Source of the DNA: Bdellovibrionales bacterium RIFOXYD12_FULL_39_22
Lineage (GTDB): Bacteria; Bdellovibrionota; Bacteriovoracia; Bacteriovoracales; Bacteriovoracaceae
DNA length: 64,000 nt
Assembly (NCBI GenBank): GCA_001770205.1
Contig: MEQL01000048.1
Location: forward strand, 1 to 64,000
Direction of reading: 5' to 3'
Shown here: one piece after another, positions 59,875-64,000 of the stretch
Position numbering within the stretch: the stretch's first letter is position 1
How the letters are laid out: every line of letters starts with the position of its first letter
The notes under the pieces: model-generated
Told to the model about the DNA's origin: nothing
What the model saw: the letters and a program-made list of their open reading frames with translations, nothing else
The model's database searches: none
Made by a program: the position numbers and the translations under genes

Positions 59875-61590
59875 ATGGCCAATCCATCTGCTACCTCGCT
59901 TACACTTCATCCCGTCATTCGTGAATTATTCCGTCTCAAAAACATGGCCAAAAAGGATGTTGAGGAATTTCTTTCATGGGATCTGCTTTCTATTCCAGAA
60001 TTGGTCCAGTTAAAAGGGTTACCAGAGGCCTCTACCCGCATAATTGCGGCCATCCAACGCGGGGAGAAGATAGGTATCTATGGAGACTATGATGTAGATG
60101 GTACTACTTCTTGTGCTCTGCTTTTTTTCTTTTTCAAATCAATTTCTGTCCAAGTTGAAATAATACAACCAAATCGTTTTGATGATGGTTATGGACTACA
60201 CAGTGAACTTATTGACCGAGCACTAGAATACAATATTGGCCTGTTAATAACTGTAGATTGCGGAATAACCAACACTCAGGCGGCAGATCATGCTAGAGAA
60301 AAAAAATTAGATCTTATCATAACAGATCACCATCAAGATATTGCCGAATCAATGCCTTGGGCCACGGCCATTGTAAACCCCAATCGTCGAGATGAGACAT
60401 GCCATCAACATTTAAAAGGATTGGCCGGAGTAGGAGTGGCCTTTGCTCTGGCATTACAAATTAAAAATGATTGGGAAAAGGCCTTTGGCAAAAAATGTCC
60501 GCCTCTTTATCCATTACTACAATTTGTGGCCGTGGGAACTATTTGTGATATGGCCCCTTTAAATACGACTAATTTGCGCTTGGCCCGACATGGAATAAAA
60601 CTGCTTAAAAATTCAGAATATCCCGGCCTTCGGGTATTTATAACGGCAGAAGAGCGTGCTTGGCCCATGCTCCCAAGTGAAAAACTCTCTTTTAATATTG
60701 GCCCCCTGATCAACGCCAAAGGCCGTCTAGAAGATGCTGCCTGCGCCTTAAAACTATTAACGGCCGATAATCCAGAAGATGGCCGAAGACTCTATCAACA
60801 ACTAGAAAACTGCAATGATGATCGCAAATTTATTCAGAGTAAAATTTTTAAAGAGGCCAAAGAGCAAATTCGTCGAGAGATGATAAATGGTGAACAAAAC
60901 ATAAGTATAGTATATGATCCAAATTGGCACGAGGGTGTTATCGGCATCGTTGCTTCGAAGTTAGTTGAGGAATTTAAAGTTCCGGCCATTGTTTTTGCTA
61001 ACGCCAAGGAGGAAGGACTCATTAAAGGTTCAGCGCGAAGTGCTGGTGAACTTAATCTTTTAGCGGAGCTGAATAAAGTATCCGACCTTTTTACTAAGTA
61101 TGGAGGCCATCGCGCGGCCGCCGGCATGACATTGCCCAAGGATAAATTTCATCAGCTCTACCTGCGAATGAACAGTTCGCTAAGCACTATCCCTCGTTCT
61201 TTGCGAACTATAGCTGACCAATATGACCTTGAGATCAAGGCCTCTGACGTTGGGCCCAAACTAGCGCGCGACCTGGAACTACTCGAACCATTCGGGGTTG
61301 ACAACCAAAGGCCGGTCTTTAAAATAAGAGATATAAAACTTGACTCCTTTGAAGTCATGGGAGAGGCCCATGTACGCTGGAATTTTTCAGCACTAGATGA
61401 TCCGATGGTAAAACTTCGAGGAATCAGTTTTAATTATATTAACAAGTGGGCAAATACCGCTCCTTCTGAGTTGTTTTCGTTACAAAATAAGCGAGGAGCG
61501 TCTTTGGAAATTTATTTTAATTTAGGTATCAATAGATTTAAAGGAAACGAGTATATACAATTACAGGTTCGAAAAATTGATTTGGCGTAG
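59875..61590 (+). CDS. recJ: Single-stranded-DNA-specific exonuclease
   Basis: GDYDVDG, TVDCG, TDHH, GTICD, PLINAKGR, GSARS, GGHRAAAG, EPFG. Confidence 0.96.
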   Translation: MANPSATSLTLHPVIRELFRLKNMAKKDVEEFLSWDLLSIPELVQLKGLPEASTRIIAAIQRGEKIGIYGDYDVDGTTSCALLFFFFKSISVQVEIIQPNRFDDGYGLHSELIDRALEYNIGLLITVDCGITNTQAADHAREKKLDLIITDHHQDIAESMPWATAIVNPNRRDETCHQHLKGLAGVGVAFALALQIKNDWEKAFGKKCPPLYPLLQFVAVGTICDMAPLNTTNLRLARHGIKLLKNSEYPGLRVFITAEERAWPMLPSEKLSFNIGPLINAKGRLEDAACALKLLTADNPEDGRRLYQQLENCNDDRKFIQSKIFKEAKEQIRREMINGEQNISIVYDPNWHEGVIGIVASKLVEEFKVPAIVFANAKEEGLIKGSARSAGELNLLAELNKVSDLFTKYGGHRAAAGMTLPKDKFHQLYLRMNSSLSTIPRSLRTIADQYDLEIKASDVGPKLARDLELLEPFGVDNQRPVFKIRDIKLDSFEVMGEAHVRWNFSALDDPMVKLRGISFNYINKWANTAPSELFSLQNKRGASLEIYFNLGINRFKGNEYIQLQVRKIDLA

Positions 61591-61641
61591 ACTGCATATT
61601 AACAACTGCCTAAGCAGAAAAAATAAAAATACGGATAACCA

Positions 61642-63489
61642 ATGTCAAAAAAAGTTCAAAAAAATTTAAAAGAAGAGATAAAAAAACAAAAAGAAAAAAC
61701 AGGACTTACTCCTGAATTAGGCCACCCAACACCTACTGCAATGACAGGCCACAATAACTCTAATTCCTCCGAGTTGGAAGATGTAATAGAAATAGATGTG
61801 ACTAAAATTGTAATCTATCTTCTTTTACTTTTGGTTCCACTAATAATTTTTTTGCAAACCAAAGATTTTTGGTTTGTCTGGGATGATGATCGTTATCATC
61901 TCCAACCCCATCCATACATTCAGCAACTGACCTGGGATAATTTGGTTAAAATCTGGACAGAAATTTACGTAGGCATGTATATTCCAGTTTCATACACTGT
62001 GTGGGGATTATTAAAACCACTTGGCCAAATGCTCTCGCCTACACCAGTGGATTTTTACGCCCCTCTCTATCATCTGACGAATGTCGTTTTACACATATTA
62101 AATGTTATCTTGGTTTTTAAAATCGTGGGCCGCTTTGTAAAAAACCAATGGGCCGTCTGTCTGGCCGCACTACTTTTTGCCGTTCATCCAATTCAGGCCG
62201 AAATAGTTGCCTGGATCTCTGAATTAAGAGGTCTGTTGGCCACCTTCTTTGCCTTTTTATCTCTGGAGCTTTATCTCCATTATCACAGCGAACAAAAGAA
62301 TAAAAAAAGCGGAATTTACATTATGTCTATCATCTGTTTCGTTTTGGGAATGATGTCCAAACCATCAGTAGTCGTCATGCCAGCTATTTTTGCCTCCTAT
62401 CACTATTTTTTTGAAGAAAATAATTTAAAGAAAATTTTTAATAAAACATTTTTTTGGTTTGGATTGGCCGCTATTTTTATTATTCTAACTCGCATTGCAC
62501 AACCTTTTAGTGCCACTCAACTAAACTCACCCCTTCTTTTTCGGCCACTACTTTGGATGGATGCCATCAATTTCTACTTATATAAAATTATCTGGCCATT
62601 GGATCTTACAAGCTTTTATGCCAGAACTCCCGAACATGCCATCGCGGATAATTTTCTCTATATCGAATGGATCATTCCCGTTATATTGGGGAGCTTTCTT
62701 TGGAGTATCAGGCAAAAACAAAAAATTATTGTCCTCTCTGCTGCAATTTTTATAGTCGGTTTTCTTCCCACCTCCGGCCTGGTCGGCTTTGATTTTCAAC
62801 GCTGGTCTACCGTGGCAGACAGATATATCTATATTTCCATGCTGGGAATTTCTCTTATCGTTGCCTTTGGAATCGATTATTTTACAAAATGGCATCCTAA
62901 GCAGGAGTTTGCTTTCTTAAAAAATGTTGGTTGGATCTTTATCTGCGCAATTATTTTTTTGGCCGCACTAAGAAGCTACTCTTTCCAAATTCCAACCTGG
63001 AAAGATTCCGTGGTTCTATGGGATCACTGTATTAAACTCACCCCTGGAGAGGCCCAGGCCTATAACAATCGAGGGGACGGCCTTAGTAAGCATGCTGGCA
63101 AACTGCCAAATCCTGAGGAACGAAAACATTTTTATGAGCGTGCTCTCACCGATTTCGACGAGGCCATTCGCTTAGATAAAGTCTATCTGCAGGCCTACGC
63201 AAACCGAGGCTCTGTTTTAAATAATTTGGCCAGATACGAAGAAGCGATTCGCGATTTTACCTCTGCCATCTCCTTAAATGGAATGTATGTTGATGCCTAT
63301 CAAAAACGTGCCATCGTTTACTATAACAAGGGAGATTATCCACAATCGGCCGAGGATATAAAAAATCTACAAAAAATCGGGGCACCTGTTAATATGAATC
63401 TTGTGAAGGCATTAGAGGCCAAAGGCATTAATGTCCAACTATCTAATGCGCCCCCTACAATCTCCCCACAAACCATTATCACTCAGTAA
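61642..63489 (+). CDS. TMTC-like GT-C membrane protein with C-terminal TPRs
   Basis: FVWDDD, YHLTNVVLH, LFAVHPIQAE, ADRYIY, WKDSVVLW, TPRs (AYNNRG, AYANRG). Confidence 0.88.
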   Translation: MSKKVQKNLKEEIKKQKEKTGLTPELGHPTPTAMTGHNNSNSSELEDVIEIDVTKIVIYLLLLLVPLIIFLQTKDFWFVWDDDRYHLQPHPYIQQLTWDNLVKIWTEIYVGMYIPVSYTVWGLLKPLGQMLSPTPVDFYAPLYHLTNVVLHILNVILVFKIVGRFVKNQWAVCLAALLFAVHPIQAEIVAWISELRGLLATFFAFLSLELYLHYHSEQKNKKSGIYIMSIICFVLGMMSKPSVVVMPAIFASYHYFFEENNLKKIFNKTFFWFGLAAIFIILTRIAQPFSATQLNSPLLFRPLLWMDAINFYLYKIIWPLDLTSFYARTPEHAIADNFLYIEWIIPVILGSFLWSIRQKQKIIVLSAAIFIVGFLPTSGLVGFDFQRWSTVADRYIYISMLGISLIVAFGIDYFTKWHPKQEFAFLKNVGWIFICAIIFLAALRSYSFQIPTWKDSVVLWDHCIKLTPGEAQAYNNRGDGLSKHAGKLPNPEERKHFYERALTDFDEAIRLDKVYLQAYANRGSVLNNLARYEEAIRDFTSAISLNGMYVDAYQKRAIVYYNKGDYPQSAEDIKNLQKIGAPVNMNLVKALEAKGINVQLSNAPPTISPQTIITQ

Positions 63490-63498
63490 TATTTAGCA

Positions 63499-64000
63499 AT
63501 GAACTTAATAGCAAAGTTAAAAAACTCCAACACCCTCTACTTTTTCTGCTCTGCCCTTTTTTTATTTGTGCTGTATCTCTTGACGGCACCTCACAATGTG
63601 CAGGTTTTGGATACCGGCGAATTAGTGCTAAATTCATATCGCTCCCGAGTAATCCATCCTCCCGGCTACCCGCTATATAATCGACTCTTTTTTCTGGCCA
63701 CGCACCTAATCCCTTTTGGCACAATTTTTTTTCGGGCGGCCATCTTCAACTCTATCTTGGCCAGCGGAGTGTTGCTCTTTTTTTTCCAGCTTGCCAAGCG
63801 AGAAAGTTATCTCTTGGCCACTATACTTTCTCTACCTTTTATCTCTTCTTTCCTTGTTTGGAAGTATTCCATTTTGCCAGATGTCTTTATGCTCCACTCT
63901 TTTTTTGTTGCCGGAATAAGTTATTTTTACCTAGCACCAAAAGAGTTAAGCAAAAACGAAATTCGCTGGCTTTTTGTCCTTTTTGCCCTATCTTCCACCA
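63499..64000 (+). CDS. DUF2723/TMEM260-like membrane transferase, truncated by the window end
   Basis: Translated by hand, open to the end: LDTGEL...IHPPGYPLY...WKYSILPDVF. Confidence 0.85.
   Translation, partial: MNLIAKLKNSNTLYFFCSALFLFVLYLLTAPHNVQVLDTGELVLNSYRSRVIHPPGYPLYNRLFFLATHLIPFGTIFFRAAIFNSILASGVLLFFFQLAKRESYLLATILSLPFISSFLVWKYSILPDVFMLHSFFVAGISYFYLAPKELSKNEIRWLFVLFALSST

Overview
AT-rich bacterial chromosomal DNA. Gene content (TIGR02147/DUF4423-like regulator, lipoprotein plus barrel pair, Hanks kinase type, sigma28-like promoters) suggests a predatory Bdellovibrionota/Bacteriovoracia-like organism; this is inference. Layout: (1) 1-8.9 kb accessory region at the 3' side of tRNA-Cys with a DUF2779 nuclease plus OLD ATPase/TOPRIM pair, an IS481 element and an XRE regulator. 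(2) 9-29.5 kb mostly core genes (clpP-clpX-lon, PIN-PhoH, aminotransferase, coaD, rsmD, Ser/Thr kinase) plus hypotheticals, one resembling a catalytically dead type IIG/TaqI-like methyltransferase. (3) 29.7-45.8 kb two convergent nucleotide-sugar operons with polyprenyl-phosphate GT2s and GT-C membrane transferases, joined at a truncated hddA-like stub and a (CTA)12 microsatellite. (4) 45.9-56.3 kb the best candidate for an undescribed system: a tight nine-gene lipid operon (UbiA, ACP, SPT-like alpha-oxoamine synthase, SDR, radical SAM, DAG/sphingosine kinase, ThiL-like kinase, OYE, MMPL). (5) IS3 remnant, Fic, tRNA-Arg, rsgA apparently starting at ATT, recJ, and tandem TMTC-like and TMEM260/DUF2723-like transferases. 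All assignments come from motif recognition by eye; no searches were run.
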